From positions 496,001 through 560,000 of the forward strand of contig JAUPSS010000005.1 of assembly GCA_040285825.1 (NCBI GenBank): a DNA stretch of 64,000 bases, given 5' to 3'. A program made the position numbers and the translations under genes. Origin of the DNA: Eukaryota sp. TZLM1-RC. Lineage: Eukaryota > Protista > Metamonada: BaSk clade. The notes beneath the pieces were generated by a model that was given only the letters and a program-made list of their open reading frames with translations, was not told the DNA's origin and made no database searches. This document shows, piece by piece, positions 9,888 through 22,689 of this stretch (position 1 is its first letter; each line of letters begins with the position of its first letter).

Positions 9888-11873
9888 ATGACAGCTATAC
9901 ATCTGTGCATAAGTCCCTTTTCAATCATCATGAGCAACTACGCTCTTCAATTTTGGCCTGTTCCTTCTGTATTCCTGCTTGTCCTATCCACTTTATCCTC
10001 TTCGTACGATCCCAAAACACTGACATCGTTCTGTTTACCCAGAATGGTAAATTCCATTACTTTTGTTTTATCATCATTTTCACTCCTTTACTCCTTCCTT
10101 TTCCTTCCACTCACGATTATTATACCGTTTATACACTTCCTCTCAGCTTCTACTCTAGTTGACATTAAAACAGATCGTTTTTACTTCTCTACATCTTTAA
10201 TTTCGGTCATTTCTTCTCTTCTTCTTTCCTTTCCTTCCATACCAAATAGTGAATTAGTAATTGGTCTATGTTTAATAACAATTTGTTTCTGTTCAGTACA
10301 CTATTCAGCCAGTAATCAAAGCAATAATATGCGCCTTTCACATTCAATTTTCCCTTCGTTTATTCCATTTAATTTCGATATCAATTCAATTTCACCTCTT
10401 TTTATTTTTCTAGTTTCCTTTGCTTTTTTGATATTTGTAGATTGGAATAATTTTATTGAAGGTCCAAGTGATGGTAAATTTTTCATTTTTTCATTGAATT
10501 TAGTGATCCCTGTATTGATAGCATTGAGCTCCTTTCAAAAAATTGGTGACACGTCATCAAACGTCACTACGAGCTCTTCAATGAAATGCAGCATTGTGGT
10601 TTGTGGATTGTTTTTGATTCTCTATCATTTTTCTTTAACATCAATTATTTCTTCTGTTCTATTTGGATTGATTTTTTATTATTTACCTAATTTTTCAGAA
10701 TTCTCTACCCAAAGTAGCATACTGTCTCCACCAGGTTCTCATATTAATCAAGAAAGGTCAAAACTATCACGTGATACGCTCAGAATTATTTTGACTGCCA
10801 TTTTTATTATGATGTCGATTGTTTCCTCTTCGTATAACTACTCCCCTTTAGCGTGGAATCGGGTCTATCTGGATAATCAATCAAATTGCCCATCAAATAA
10901 GATTGAAGGTCGATTATATCCAATAGATGTACTTGGGCGATTTCAGAACATCTTGAGAATTCCTGAGAAGAAGCTCAGAATAAGTACTATTGATGACGTC
11001 AGAAAACACTGTAGACTCGACTGTAAAGTCGATGATTCGATTTATGATGATCAGTTTGCCTACAATCTAATCTACGATAGTATTGATAAGTCACTGAGTT
11101 CGTTTGTTATTCCATTTGATCCAAATTTTATTGAAAATATTATGATTTTGGTTTATTCAATTCAGTTCAGCAAATCTGAATTTCCTATTACTGTAGCTTA
11201 TTCAAAGATCAATCAAATACCCGACCGTTATGTGGCAGTTTTTAACTGTTTGGGTGTGCATTTGATTGAAGTTGATTTAATTGATTGTCCATCAGCTTTT
11301 GCGGATTGCGATTTCCTCTCTTTAATCAAGTTTAGCCTTTTTAAAGCCACTTATTTCGAAAAAATTGTTGTTCTTGATCCCAGGGTTATTTTAATCAAAA
11401 ATATTGATTATCTGTTTCTGACCCCCAATGATGTCATCACAGCTCAATCAGACCCCCAACGTCACGAAATTTCGACATCAATCATGGTAATGTCACCAAA
11501 TGAAGAACTTTTTGGTGATTTAATTCAAGGTTTAAGCTTATTTAATGAGCAAATTTTTGATCAATTTTCTATTTCGATGAAAACATCAGATATTAACTTT
11601 TTGGATAAATTTCTAAACCATTATTCTTATCTTTCAGTCATGAGACTTCCCTTGACTTTTGATGGAAGTCCTAAATTGAATAAACAATTTTGTGGAAAAG
11701 CCAAAAGATATGTCAAAACAAACCATATTAGTTTGGTTTTTTATAATGATATTTATCCATGGAAAATTCCATTAAACAAGAGACTAAAGGGTAGCTATTT
11801 GGACTTTTGGTTCCATTTAAATTTGAAGATGGTGGAAGATTACCGCTATTTGAAGTGTGCACTGGCTCTGTAG
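9888..11873 (+). CDS. Multi-TM protein with a C-terminal glycosyltransferase family 8-like domain
   Basis: Hydrophobic N-terminal half. KFSLFKATYFEKIVVLDPRVILIKNIDYLF and YPW match the GT8 pattern, but DxD reads DPR. Start codon uncertain. Confidence 0.7.
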   Translation: MTAIHLCISPFSIIMSNYALQFWPVPSVFLLVLSTLSSSYDPKTLTSFCLPRMVNSITFVLSSFSLLYSFLFLPLTIIIPFIHFLSASTLVDIKTDRFYFSTSLISVISSLLLSFPSIPNSELVIGLCLITICFCSVHYSASNQSNNMRLSHSIFPSFIPFNFDINSISPLFIFLVSFAFLIFVDWNNFIEGPSDGKFFIFSLNLVIPVLIALSSFQKIGDTSSNVTTSSSMKCSIVVCGLFLILYHFSLTSIISSVLFGLIFYYLPNFSEFSTQSSILSPPGSHINQERSKLSRDTLRIILTAIFIMMSIVSSSYNYSPLAWNRVYLDNQSNCPSNKIEGRLYPIDVLGRFQNILRIPEKKLRISTIDDVRKHCRLDCKVDDSIYDDQFAYNLIYDSIDKSLSSFVIPFDPNFIENIMILVYSIQFSKSEFPITVAYSKINQIPDRYVAVFNCLGVHLIEVDLIDCPSAFADCDFLSLIKFSLFKATYFEKIVVLDPRVILIKNIDYLFLTPNDVITAQSDPQRHEISTSIMVMSPNEELFGDLIQGLSLFNEQIFDQFSISMKTSDINFLDKFLNHYSYLSVMRLPLTFDGSPKLNKQFCGKAKRYVKTNHISLVFYNDIYPWKIPLNKRLKGSYLDFWFHLNLKMVEDYRYLKCALAL

Positions 11874-12468
11874 AGATTACTGGATATAACAAAAACAAAA
11901 GCAATAAATAAGTCTTTAAGAATACTTTTGTCTGATTCAAATTCACCTCTTTTTTTAATTAATAATTAATTAATAATTAATTAATTTGTATTTTTTTATA
12001 TCAACCCTGATTATAATGGCAACATTGGAAAGTGAATTACAATGAAACCACTGAATACAGTGTATACACATAGAGTTGGCTTTGAACCTTCTTGACCTTG
12101 TGTTGGTATTGTTGCAAAAGAAAACCAGAATATATTTGAACCAAACCAACCAAAAATTTTGATTTATTCTATTACAGTATGTTCTTTATTCTACTATTAA
12201 GTAACTATAACAGAGGATGATTAGTTAAGAAGTTAATTGGTTAAAAATTCATTTTCTTCCTTGTTTTCACCAATTGCTTGTTCCCAAAACAGATTGATAA
12301 CTAATGCCAAACAAAAAGTTGAAATGATCTTGGTCAATGAGGAGTGACTTTAAATCAAAACAGAAACAAATCGAGAAAGCAGAAATTGTTCTATCCCCAA
12401 AAAAATAAAAAACATGAAAAATTGATTACAACAACTAAATTATTTCAAAAATTCCAACAATCAAAAAT

Positions 12469-13001
12469 GAGACGACCTCAATATACAAAACTGTCTAAAA
12501 ACACAATTTTTGTGTAGGTCAAAATGTAAGTCCAAAAGAAACGCTCACGTTGCTTTTCTTCTCCTGCAATCTTAATCACCAATCCAGTTGTCAGTGCAGT
12601 CCCCACAAGTAGACCAAGAAGACGACGACAACAGCATTGAAATTGAACTAATAAGTCTGTATTTGAAAGAATAGAATAATTTTCTTAAGTTTCAAAAGCA
12701 AAAGCTACTTGTTCGACTATAAACATTGATAACGGCCATTGGTGAAGCTGCAGCAGAAACTTCTCTACAACTCCGCACTTTGACATGTTCCACGTATAGA
12801 AGATTAGATAGGCGTAGATGTATTGAATCAGTTCAAAATAAAAGAGTTCCCCAGAGGTTCTTATTTGAAGGTGAAAGAACCAAGAAAGCGTAATATATTT
12901 CCCTCTGAAACTCTTTTTTGACCCATACATTTTGATGTTGAGAAGAATTCTCGAACGACAATAAATTGTTGTGTTTGAGTTTTGTATATTGAGATCGTCT
13001 C
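12469..13001. mobile_element. 533-bp non-autonomous TIR element (MITE, possibly MULE-type)
   Basis: 24-bp inverted repeat GAGACGA(C/T)CTCAATATACAAAACT at 12469-12492 and 12978-13001. TSD degenerate (TCAAAAAT/TGAAATAT). Confidence 0.7.
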
Positions 13002-13117
13002 TGAAATATTTGCAAATCCAAAAAAGAAAATAAAAAATTAAAAGTAATGTCATAAATATAAAAAAATTTGGAAATAAAAACCAACCAAAATTGCCACAAT
13101 AAAACCCTAATCAAACC

Positions 13118-15748
13118 CTAATCAATAGGTCTTCGTTGCAAAAGTCCCCTACCAACAGACCTGATATGGGACTCATCCACACCAGCCTTTTTCAAGAATT
13201 CAGATACTAAATCTTCCGTTAATTCCTTCAAGGCACCTTCGGAAAGGTCTTTGATTCCTGAGAGATTATCAGGAGAAATAATTAAATTTTTTATAAACTT
13301 AACACCTTCTTGAATGAATCCAACTTGCTTGCTGTCTTTTAAAGGTTCTAATAGGTTTGGCAAAAATAGCAAAGGTTCATGAACCAGCATGATTCGCATA
13401 GAGGAATTAGTAAAACTTGATGGAATTCCTCTAGCTACACCCTTGAATAATCGTTGAGCTCCTTTTGAGCTGACATCTGTCCACAGAGAATCACTGAAAT
13501 TTTCATTAATCGAATTAACTATTCGTGATAAAGAATCAGAAAACCCTTGTGTAATAGTAACAGTGTTGACACTTTTCCCTGACTGCATTTGGTTAATCAA
13601 TAGTGACGTGGCACCAGCAGCGCAATTTTCAATACCATTCAGAAAAGTTGTAATTAAATCTGACACCTGAAGTTCAATTGCTGAAATTTGACGAACGAGC
13701 AGCAGAATGTCCCTCAACACCTCCTCTTTTGCTCCATTGAACCATCTACTTTTGAAGTCTGAAATACTAGAAAAACAGGCTGAACTAATGGTGATTAGAT
13801 ACCCCAATAAAGAGGGGATAGTGCATACGTGATTAGATGAATCTAATGTAACAGGTTTTTCTATAAATAAACTCAAAATTTTTGAATTAAAAAAAGAAAT
13901 ATGCTTGATTGTGTGGCTTAAGAACATGATTGCATATTTTTGAGCACTTTCCTTTGAAAATAGTTGAAAGGAACGTTCAGTTGCCTTGACCAAGCTTGAC
14001 CAAATTGATTGAAAAGTGTGAATAGGAAAAGAAGACTGTAATTCATTAACAAAATCATAATGATAATTACTGGAATCCTTAAAGGAAACCAATCTTTTTG
14101 ATAGCAAATCAGCAGATAATTTGACCTTTAATATTGACCCAAGTGCTGACAGTTCTAGATCAACATAGCGTTTCAAATGTGGTGAGAGAATAGAATTTGA
14201 AGCATTGCTTAAATGAGTAACCACCACCTCCATATCTTGGGGAGTTAACGGAATATATTTCGAAATAATGTTGGAGATTCTGAGGCATTGTCGCTTTGAA
14301 AATTGACAAATATCCACTAAACGTTCTAAAAAACATTCCGTGGAAATCTTTGGAAATCCATCATTTTTTGATTGATTACCGGTTGTTTGACCCTCGCTTA
14401 CTGACACAGATCTTCCATGCTTAGATCTAAACCTGTGCTTATCCTTCGCTACTTCCTTCTTCAGTCCTTCTTGCTCTATACTCTCCACTTCACAGACCTC
14501 GTAAACATGGTCAATTACTGTCAAAGCAGTTGGGGCTGAGCGCTTGCTTATGAGGGAAACCACGTGCGACACGACTGGGCCCAGGCCTTTCTTCTTCAGA
14601 GGTAGGTCAACTGTAACTAATTCGTCCAATCCATAATTCGAAAACAGTAATAAAACAGGAGTTAAAGCTTCAACTAAGCGTTCACAAGCAGCAAAATACC
14701 TAATCAATGTAGGATCAATTGTTTGAGCTTGGACTGCATTTAAAACAGCTTGTTTTTTAATATCAACTGGTCTTAATGAAGAAAGAGAATATTCAGAGCA
14801 AATATAATCGCCACTATTGTAGTTAAGAGGAGAGATAGATTCTAATTGTAATAAAGTATTTGTGAAAGCTGTAATCAAAGCTAATTCTTCACTGCTAAAC
14901 ATGTCTCCTAATTCCTTTTTGCTACCTCTATCCACAGTCTTCCTTGGCGGTTGAATAAATGTATCACGAGGGGGAGTCACGCATGACGTGATCAGCTGGC
15001 ATAAATGACCCTGACACGTGGCATGGAGTTGGTCTTGTGCAATAGAAATCCTTTTATTGAGTAAAGAGAGATTGTCAATGGGGATTTGGGAAAGAGAGAA
15101 TGAACAAGTGTCCATGCCTTCCGACGTGGGAGAGAGTAATGCAGAAAGAGAGGAAAACGCATCAGCTATTGACAGGACAGACATTGGTGAGAAGGGAGGG
15201 TTAGGGTTAGGGTTAGGAGTTAGTTGTAGGTTTGCCTGCTTTATTGCCTCTTCATCAGCTAGGTCTGGAGACATTAAACAAAGTAAGTTGGATAAGACTT
15301 CTTCATCACTTTTACATGCAGCTAGAGCTTCATAGGCATCACCAAGTTCTGCTCCTGAGCTGATGGTGGATGTAGAGATGGAAGTGTGTGAGAGAAGCTG
15401 GGCGAGGAGCTTCTCAGAGGTTTTGATACCATCATGTGCAGAGACTACAGAAGTAGAGAGGTTCCTTGAGGATTGTTGAAGTTTAGATTCAAAAACAGAG
15501 ATTTCTTGGGAGAATGAGTTGTGTAGAAGGCGAAGATCAGCATAAAGACTTTCTAATCGTTGTTTATAAGGAGTGGTATCAAAGGAAGAGGCATCGCCAC
15601 TTGTTGTGGAGGTGTCCAAGATGGGAAAGCTCACAAGGTGTTTGTTGAGCAAAGCAATGCTATCAAAGGAATCTGAGGCAAATGAGTCAAGCGAGATGTC
15701 TGTTTCCAGGGTTTCCCGACGACCTGAGGGAAGATTGACAGTTACCAT
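13118..15748 (-). CDS. Exocyst Sec10-like CATCHR-family tethering protein
   Basis: 876-aa helical protein. N-terminal F.SDSFD, coiled coil ending ELGDAYE (cf. Sec10 HLGDQLE), internal YVDLELSAL. Confidence 0.5.
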   Translation of the reverse strand: MVTVNLPSGRRETLETDISLDSFASDSFDSIALLNKHLVSFPILDTSTTSGDASSFDTTPYKQRLESLYADLRLLHNSFSQEISVFESKLQQSSRNLSTSVVSAHDGIKTSEKLLAQLLSHTSISTSTISSGAELGDAYEALAACKSDEEVLSNLLCLMSPDLADEEAIKQANLQLTPNPNPNPPFSPMSVLSIADAFSSLSALLSPTSEGMDTCSFSLSQIPIDNLSLLNKRISIAQDQLHATCQGHLCQLITSCVTPPRDTFIQPPRKTVDRGSKKELGDMFSSEELALITAFTNTLLQLESISPLNYNSGDYICSEYSLSSLRPVDIKKQAVLNAVQAQTIDPTLIRYFAACERLVEALTPVLLLFSNYGLDELVTVDLPLKKKGLGPVVSHVVSLISKRSAPTALTVIDHVYEVCEVESIEQEGLKKEVAKDKHRFRSKHGRSVSVSEGQTTGNQSKNDGFPKISTECFLERLVDICQFSKRQCLRISNIISKYIPLTPQDMEVVVTHLSNASNSILSPHLKRYVDLELSALGSILKVKLSADLLSKRLVSFKDSSNYHYDFVNELQSSFPIHTFQSIWSSLVKATERSFQLFSKESAQKYAIMFLSHTIKHISFFNSKILSLFIEKPVTLDSSNHVCTIPSLLGYLITISSACFSSISDFKSRWFNGAKEEVLRDILLLVRQISAIELQVSDLITTFLNGIENCAAGATSLLINQMQSGKSVNTVTITQGFSDSLSRIVNSINENFSDSLWTDVSSKGAQRLFKGVARGIPSSFTNSSMRIMLVHEPLLFLPNLLEPLKDSKQVGFIQEGVKFIKNLIISPDNLSGIKDLSEGALKELTEDLVSEFLKKAGVDESHIRSVGRGLLQRRPID

Positions 15749-16232
15749 GAGAGAAGTTGGAGTGTTTTATAAATAATTATACAAATGGGGTGCAAATTAA
15801 TTTGGATTGTTAATTACCATTTTTGAAACACAACTTATAGTTTATTTTCGGCTTATAGTGACTGATATTTTGATATTTTGAAGGCAATTCAGTTTTTGAG
15901 CAAACGTCATTCTGTAGAGAGCAAATACTGGTGGAAACTAGCAATTGGAACTACCCATTTGTTTAATAAAGTGCTGCTGTTTGAAAATATCTTTTAAAGG
16001 TCTTTTAGTGCAAATTAGTGTGGAATATCATGGCCATTGTATATTGAACCCTCAATAGTTAATATAAACAATGCTTCCGAATGTGGTGATGTTCCACTCA
16101 GTCCGATTCAACAACCTGTCCTCAACAAATTATCACGAGTAGCGAAAACGAAAAATGGAAAATCTGCAGTTTGTCTAAATGAATTAATCAATTCAACCAA
16201 CATTTGACTAAACTTGGCAGTCCACTAGGCCA

Positions 16233-17024
16233 ATGCCACCCACTTCTAAGAAGTCAAAGGCACGAAAATCTTCACCACACAAATGTGTTCTACAGGGAAC
16301 AATTGATTCACTCTTACCTGGCGAAAAGATGAAAGTAGCAAAGCTTGTACAACAGGTTGTTCAACTTACCCGTGACAACGAAAAACTAAGTAAAGATCTT
16401 GAATCTAAAACATCTCTCATACAAGATCTTCAAAACAATCATTCACAACTTACTTCCCGCCACAAATCTCTGTCTCAACGGCACGAGGACGTTCTAGCTT
16501 TATTGTCTATCAAAAATGCCGAGGAAGAAGAACATTGTGATTCAGTTACTCTTTCCACCCAAACCAGGGAAGATTCTCCTATTGTTTGGGATAATTGGAC
16601 CCAAGTTGATGTGGATACCACTTCAGTTGGAGTAGAAACTGACTTTAACCTTGAATCTCAACGTAATGCTTCCACTACTGCAATTGATCTAGTACTAGTG
16701 CATCGGTATTCCAATCAAACACAGACTTTGATTGAGCAATCAACCCCTTTGGTCACGTCATCATGTTGTACAGATAATATTTACACTATTGATCGGGAGG
16801 TGGAATCAATCAATCAATCTAATTTGATCGAACAATCAACCCAAACTTCTTCTTCCTCCCCAGTTAAGGAAGAACCTCCACAGTTTGAATCACCTTTAGC
16901 ATTAAGCTCACCGAGCTCTTTACAACTTTCTCCAAGCCAATCCAGTAGTTTTGGGATTTCGCTGCTGACGGATGGTGACGTGGACAGTCTTTTGGATTTG
17001 ATTAGTAGTATAGATGAAGGGTAA
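16233..17024 (+). CDS. Coiled-coil protein, hinderin (KIAA1328)-like N-terminal motif
   Basis: IDSLLPGEKMKVAKLVQQVVQL resembles the hinderin motif, followed by a coiled coil and a Ser/Thr-rich tail. Confidence 0.4.
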   Translation: MPPTSKKSKARKSSPHKCVLQGTIDSLLPGEKMKVAKLVQQVVQLTRDNEKLSKDLESKTSLIQDLQNNHSQLTSRHKSLSQRHEDVLALLSIKNAEEEEHCDSVTLSTQTREDSPIVWDNWTQVDVDTTSVGVETDFNLESQRNASTTAIDLVLVHRYSNQTQTLIEQSTPLVTSSCCTDNIYTIDREVESINQSNLIEQSTQTSSSSPVKEEPPQFESPLALSSPSSLQLSPSQSSSFGISLLTDGDVDSLLDLISSIDEG

Positions 17025-18699
17025 AAAGATTGATTTCTATGTTTTTACTTTCGATTTGATTATTTTTTTGAAGAGTATTTTTCCTTTTTTTTGTTTTAAT
17101 TCATTTTTCTGAAATTCTATTTTTCTATTTTCACCCTTTCTTTTCCTAATTTTCTTTTTCTGCCAATTCTTTTTGTAATTTTTCCAATTTTTCTGTAATA
17201 TTATGTGTATTTCCAATTCAAAATTAAATAAATTAAATTGTTTAAATAACTTCTGTTACACTTATGTTCACCCCACAATTGAATACTCACCCCACCCCAC
17301 TAAATTCACCAAACAAGAAGACACTATTTGAGATTGAACATTTATTATTATGTGTGGTGAATTATAAAGTATTACACCATTATCCATGGATTGTTGGACT
17401 TGTTGTCCTCTTTGATAGTTTAACGTCTTCACCTTGCTCACACGTTTGTTCTCTACACGACATTCTCTGTGATCAATACCTTGTTCTTGTTAGTTGCTTG
17501 GTTTGGAAACATGTGTCCATCTATATACTCCGCCCTTTCTTTCTTTCATGGTACTTCTTATGGTAAGGACACTTACATCAAGATTACTTACATCACTCTT
17601 TCACTTATACATTTCTGCTTAACAACAGAACATCGCCTCTCCACATTTATCATCTCACACCAATGCTTACACTAACAATTGCCACGTCACATGACGTCAT
17701 TGGTGTTTTTTGCTCAGCTGATAACGTCTGACTTATCTAACTATGATTCTTGGCCTTTCAAAGTAGTTTAATTCATTGAACTTTTTGGTTGGTTCGATCT
17801 GAAAAACTTTTTTTAAAGTGTAGTAGAATGGTAGATATCTTTGTTTTCCATTAGAATCGGGTTTTGTTTTGTATGAATTTCTTTGTGGGTTACTTCAAGA
17901 TCTGAGGTTTCATTTTCTAAATTCCTTAAATTGTACAATTGTATAGCTTTGTTAAAGTGTCATGATGCAATTAATTTGTTTTGATTTATCTCTAGTGCTA
18001 TTTCATTAAGTTTTTTGTTAAATTTCCCGTATCTACCCAATATTGAGAGTAATTCTCTTTATTTCGAGTCTCTAATCATAAGTACATAAACGACTGAGTA
18101 ATCATTAATCATTCAATTTTTTACTGTTTGAAGTTGATTACGGTCAAGAAAGATCTGATTACTTGTTTCTGTATGGTCTACATGTTTTTGGATCTTTGTA
18201 GGTTTAATACTTGCAACAACTTTTTGAATCACGTATTTTTGAGGGTTTTTCAGGGGTTAATGTTCAAAATGCTTCATTGATGTTTTCGTTTTTTTAAGTG
18301 GATGATTAATTAATTTTTCTTTGAAATTTGATCTTTTTATTTCTGCATTTTTACTCAATCAATATTAAAGACAAGCCAGTTCTTAAAATCTGCTGTAGTT
18401 AATTGCAGCATGGTGGATTCTCCACTGGACATTCTTGAAGATAGTTATCAATGCCTTGTTTAGATATACACACTAATATCAGTTCTCTTGAACTACTGGT
18501 GCTTCACTGTCATTCATTTTTGTCATGTCTTGACAGACTCTGGTATCATTTGAACAATAATTTTCAATTTGGAACAATATCTCTGATGTAACACGGTAAA
18601 GTGTGTTCCATCAGCTGAATGTTTTGCTCATCACTCAAACTGTATTGCTAACAGAGAAATTTCCATCCAATACTGTATCTAACAGAACATAACCGTTGG

Positions 18700-20390
18700 T
18701 CATATCGTCTTTCAAGAGCTTAAATTGAAGGTAATCAAAGCCACCACAGAAAAGAAGATGGTGTTGGAATCAATTACCCCAATTAGTCCCAGTTTTTGTG
18801 TAACTGCAACCGTTACAAATTAAGTCTCCTGTTGATTTTACAGAGTTTCCCGCAAGTGCCATATTGGATGAGGACTTTCTCTTCAGTGTCTTAGATTGAA
18901 AAGGAAGAAACAATTGTTGTTGAACGAACCATGTTGACGCAAGCCTACTGTGGACTCCACGTTTGCTGAACTAAGAATACAACCAGTTGTCCTCATAACA
19001 TTCCGTTGTTTAAACGCCGATTCCTTTGAGCATTTGACATACGTGGTAACATCTAGTAAGCCCTCAGGAAGTTTTGGAATTACCATTGACATTTCCTACA
19101 ATTGTCACCGTATTGGTTTTCAAAAATTACGAAAATTTATTAATGCTACATCATCGTCAGCAGAACTCCCAGATACATTTTAATTTGTATTTTAATTTGA
19201 ATTTGAATTTGTATTTGTATTTTAATCCGGGTTAGTACAATGTATTATTGCGTTCAATTGCAAATTCGGTTTATCACCTGAAATTTTTAGGCAGAGATGT
19301 TTATTGATTTTACAATGAAAGAGAAGGTGTTGCTTATCAAAAGATTATTTAAACAAGATAATGTATTTACCTCGATTCAACCGTCAAAAACAAGTGTACA
19401 ACCTGAATTCGTCACGCACGATAGAAAACCATATTCTTTTTGGAGACGGTTCTTGGTTTCTGAAAATACCTTATTCTTGAGATTTGTTTTGCAAGGTATC
19501 TTGTTATGAGACGAGGATATAAAGTCGGAACACTTCTTATATTTAGACAGCTTAACAAAGTGAAAAGCAACCTCAGAGGCATATATATATTTATTGAGAA
19601 GTTGGTATGCATGGTGTTTGAAATCTTTTGTTTCGTAATCTTTTACTGTCATTTGTAATTCGTGCTTGTTTGAGACGAGGAGCAATGCTTTCAACTAATT
19701 CAGTTACGGCAACAGGAAGAGAAGTTTATGCTTCATGAACACAGACATCAATTCTTCACCTTCTTGTTTATTGGGATTCAGTATGTGGAATGCAATTGAT
19801 TCTTTACTCTATTCCACCGATTTAGAAGTAACTCTGCTATAGTTAGCATGTCCCCTTCTTAATGAGACATTTGATTTAAGCAGTTCAATTTGAAAAATCT
19901 CTCTGTACGCTTGTGAAAAAGATCCGTGAAAAACAATGATCCCAATACAGGTTCATCTCAATTGACGTGATTTAACAATTCAAAAAAAAGCAAAAGGCAA
20001 GAAAAATCGTGTACTTCCTGAGCTTGGTCTCAAAATTGTCTTTTTTTAAAAAAAACCTTCGATTAACCTAATATGGTTTTTCTTTTTTCTGGTCTTTTGG
20101 CGAGTTTTTCAACGGTCTTATTCGCTGTTAATTAATAGTATTCTCACGACTTGTTTTGCCTTCAGTAATCGTCCCAATTGAATAAAATTCGTGGAAAAGC
20201 GAGTAACAGCAGGGGTAAGCAGTTCACATCCTTCAGCTAGTTCTAAACAAGTAGATTTGACTTGTTCTTGATTTTTAATAAAGCTCACAACCTTGTTTGT
20301 GATGGCATTGGCTTGCGACACAATTTCCAATTGGTCTAAATCTTCTAGAAAAAGGTCAAGTGTAAGGGAGTAACAAGGTGTCCATTTGAT
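18700..20390 (-). mobile_element. Scrambled remnants of DUF659-type hAT transposase(s)
   Basis: ELLTPAVTRFSTNF (20118-20330); YIYASEVAFHFV...GCTLVFDG (19377-19694); dimerisation-like ILSSANVES (~18950); BED-like CNGC...FQHHLLFC (~18750-18820). Confidence 0.7.
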
Positions 20391-20455
20391 TTTTTAAAAC
20401 TTAGTCATTTACAAGTTGACATCTGGTCATTTCTGACACCCCTATCACTGATTTT

Positions 20456-22681
20456 TAGGGTTGGGCAAAAGTTAACTAAACTACAAAGTACTTTAGTTGC
20501 ACTAAAACTACATTATACACATCTTAGTCGCACTAAGGCTAAACTAATCTTGATGTTAGTGTACTAACGCTCAACTAAGCTCGGACTAACTTGGACTAAA
20601 CTAAGACTAATATTAAACAACAGGAAACAATTTATTGAAAAAACTACTATCAGAAATACTGACAAATAAATAATCATTCCATATTCAAATCAAAATCATT
20701 TTCCAACCATGATTTTAGACACAATTGATTTCTAACCATGTCACCAGACAATCTGTTTCGTTTGGCAGAAACAACATCTCCTGCAATCGAGAACATTCGT
20801 TCACATGGTACTGATGTGGGCTGTATAGCTAAAAAGTCTGTTGCGGTGGAAGCTACTGATGGGAATCTACTTTCATTGGTTTTCCACCACAAAATTGGAT
20901 CTTCACACCAATCAATGGGACCTTCGTTTAGGTACCTCTCCAGTTCATCACTACATTTCATACCTTTCTCGAGTTGCAACTTTTGAAGAAAAGAGACCTT
21001 TTGAGATACATTTCTTGATTGTTGATTCTCCTGATGCTGCTTTTGACACACTAGCGATTTCAACTGCTCTTCAAACTCACTTCTATGAAGTAACGAAGAC
21101 GCATCTGGTCTTTTAAGACGTGGGTCCAGTACTGTGCCTGCATAAGCTGAGAAGTCATACAACAAAGCAATATAACTTTGACATTTGTCACACATACTGT
21201 TCACAGTTGTGACAAGTCATTCAGCGGCGTTTGATGAATAAAAGTTCAGCAAATGTGTATTTAAGTGGTCTAAAATGGTTAAGACCAGGGCAATAGTCGG
21301 ATTGTTATGCTCAGATAAAGTGACAGTCGCGTCATAAAATGGCTTCAAGAGACCGATAATATCGTCCAGGACAACTAGCTCGTTCTCGTCCATAATTAAG
21401 TCAAATCTATTGTTCTCAACCAGAATGTTCGTCACATGCCGGATTTGTTCCTTATATACTTTTATCATTAGATAAGTAGAATTCCACCTGGTGGATATAT
21501 CGTTGAAGAGAGATTTTTCTTCTTCACCATTTTCTATTTGAAGTTCATGGAACATTTGTGTTATTTTTGATGATGATCTGGCTTTGTTGACAAATTCAAT
21601 AACTTTTTTCAATACCGGATTATTAGATTTTAGACCAGACTGGCCGATCAAATTGAGTACATGGGCTATACAACACTTTGGATGACAACCAGGGACTCAT
21701 TCGGCTAATAGAGAAGCGACATTAACAACATTCTTGGCGATATCAGTAGTAATAGAGATCAAGTTTTCAAGCTCTGAAACAGTCTTAGCAACCTCATTGT
21801 ACAGAAGTCTAAAATACTTTCGGAGGGTAGGTTCTGAAATTGAGGAAAGAGAGATGTAGTGTTGAAGGGTCTGGTCGTTGACAAAAGAGAAAGGTCGTTG
21901 ACCGTTGATGAGGAGTTCGAGCCATCCAAACATGTTTTCGACCTTTCCAACTGTTGGTTGCGAAAGGAAACGGTTGAGTGGCCCTTTAGCTCTAGTGGAT
22001 GTGAGCGACTCATCAATAGGAGAATGATGAGCAAGGACATGAGAGGCAGCATTACGGTAACCATGTTTGGAGGAGATCGCGTTTGATACAGTTGTAAGGA
22101 GTTCTTTCGGTACTATATTCGGGATGGTCTGTAGGTGGACTAATATCCTTGGAATCCAATTTTGTGAAATAGAATAGGACAATCTGTTTGTCTGTAACCT
22201 TAGTCATAGAGAAGAGAGATAATGAAATGGATGAAATGGTAAACCTTCTAGTTCATCAGATATTGATATTTATTGCAATAATTGAGTTATTGTCCGGACT
22301 AACAATAAATATATTGTGTGTTTCAGCATGAACAATACAATAACAATATGACAATATATTTTATTGCTAAAATACAGTATATTTTTTTCGGTTGCTGCGA
22401 GGAATTATGTATTTCCCTCAACGTAAGCGCAAAGGCGCAATATTGATAGTACTACAAACTAGATAAACTATAATATAAATACAATATTAAATTTCCAGAA
22501 CTAACAGAAGAACGGATTGACTTTCCAATTCATAGGTTCGGGTTTCATTTGGTTTGAACTTAAAACTTAGGTTTGGTTTGGTTTGAATAAAAATAGGTTT
22601 TGGTTCAGTAGGTTTAGGTTCAGTCAGGTTTTGGAAAATAAAGTTTGGTTTGAAACCTAAACCCGAACTTGCACAATGCTA
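20456..22681 (-). mobile_element. hAT DNA transposon with a broken transposase (ATG ~22207, stop 20674)
   Basis: RPFSFV, SITTD, CIAHVLNL, DISTRWNST and WWKTNESRFP...TSVPCERMFS across three frames. Imperfect TIRs TAGGGTTGGGCAA / TAGCATTGTGCAA. ACTAA and GGTTT subterminal repeats. No TSD seen. Confidence 0.9.
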
Positions 22682-22689
22682 TTCAACAC

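Noticed and set aside
15198-15217. Telomere-like (TTAGGG) x3
   Set aside because: Encodes PNPNPNP in frame in the Sec10-like gene; too short to call an interstitial telomere.
22249-22503. Nested MITE with TAGTTC/GAACTA ends
   Set aside because: Only a 6-bp IR and no TSD.
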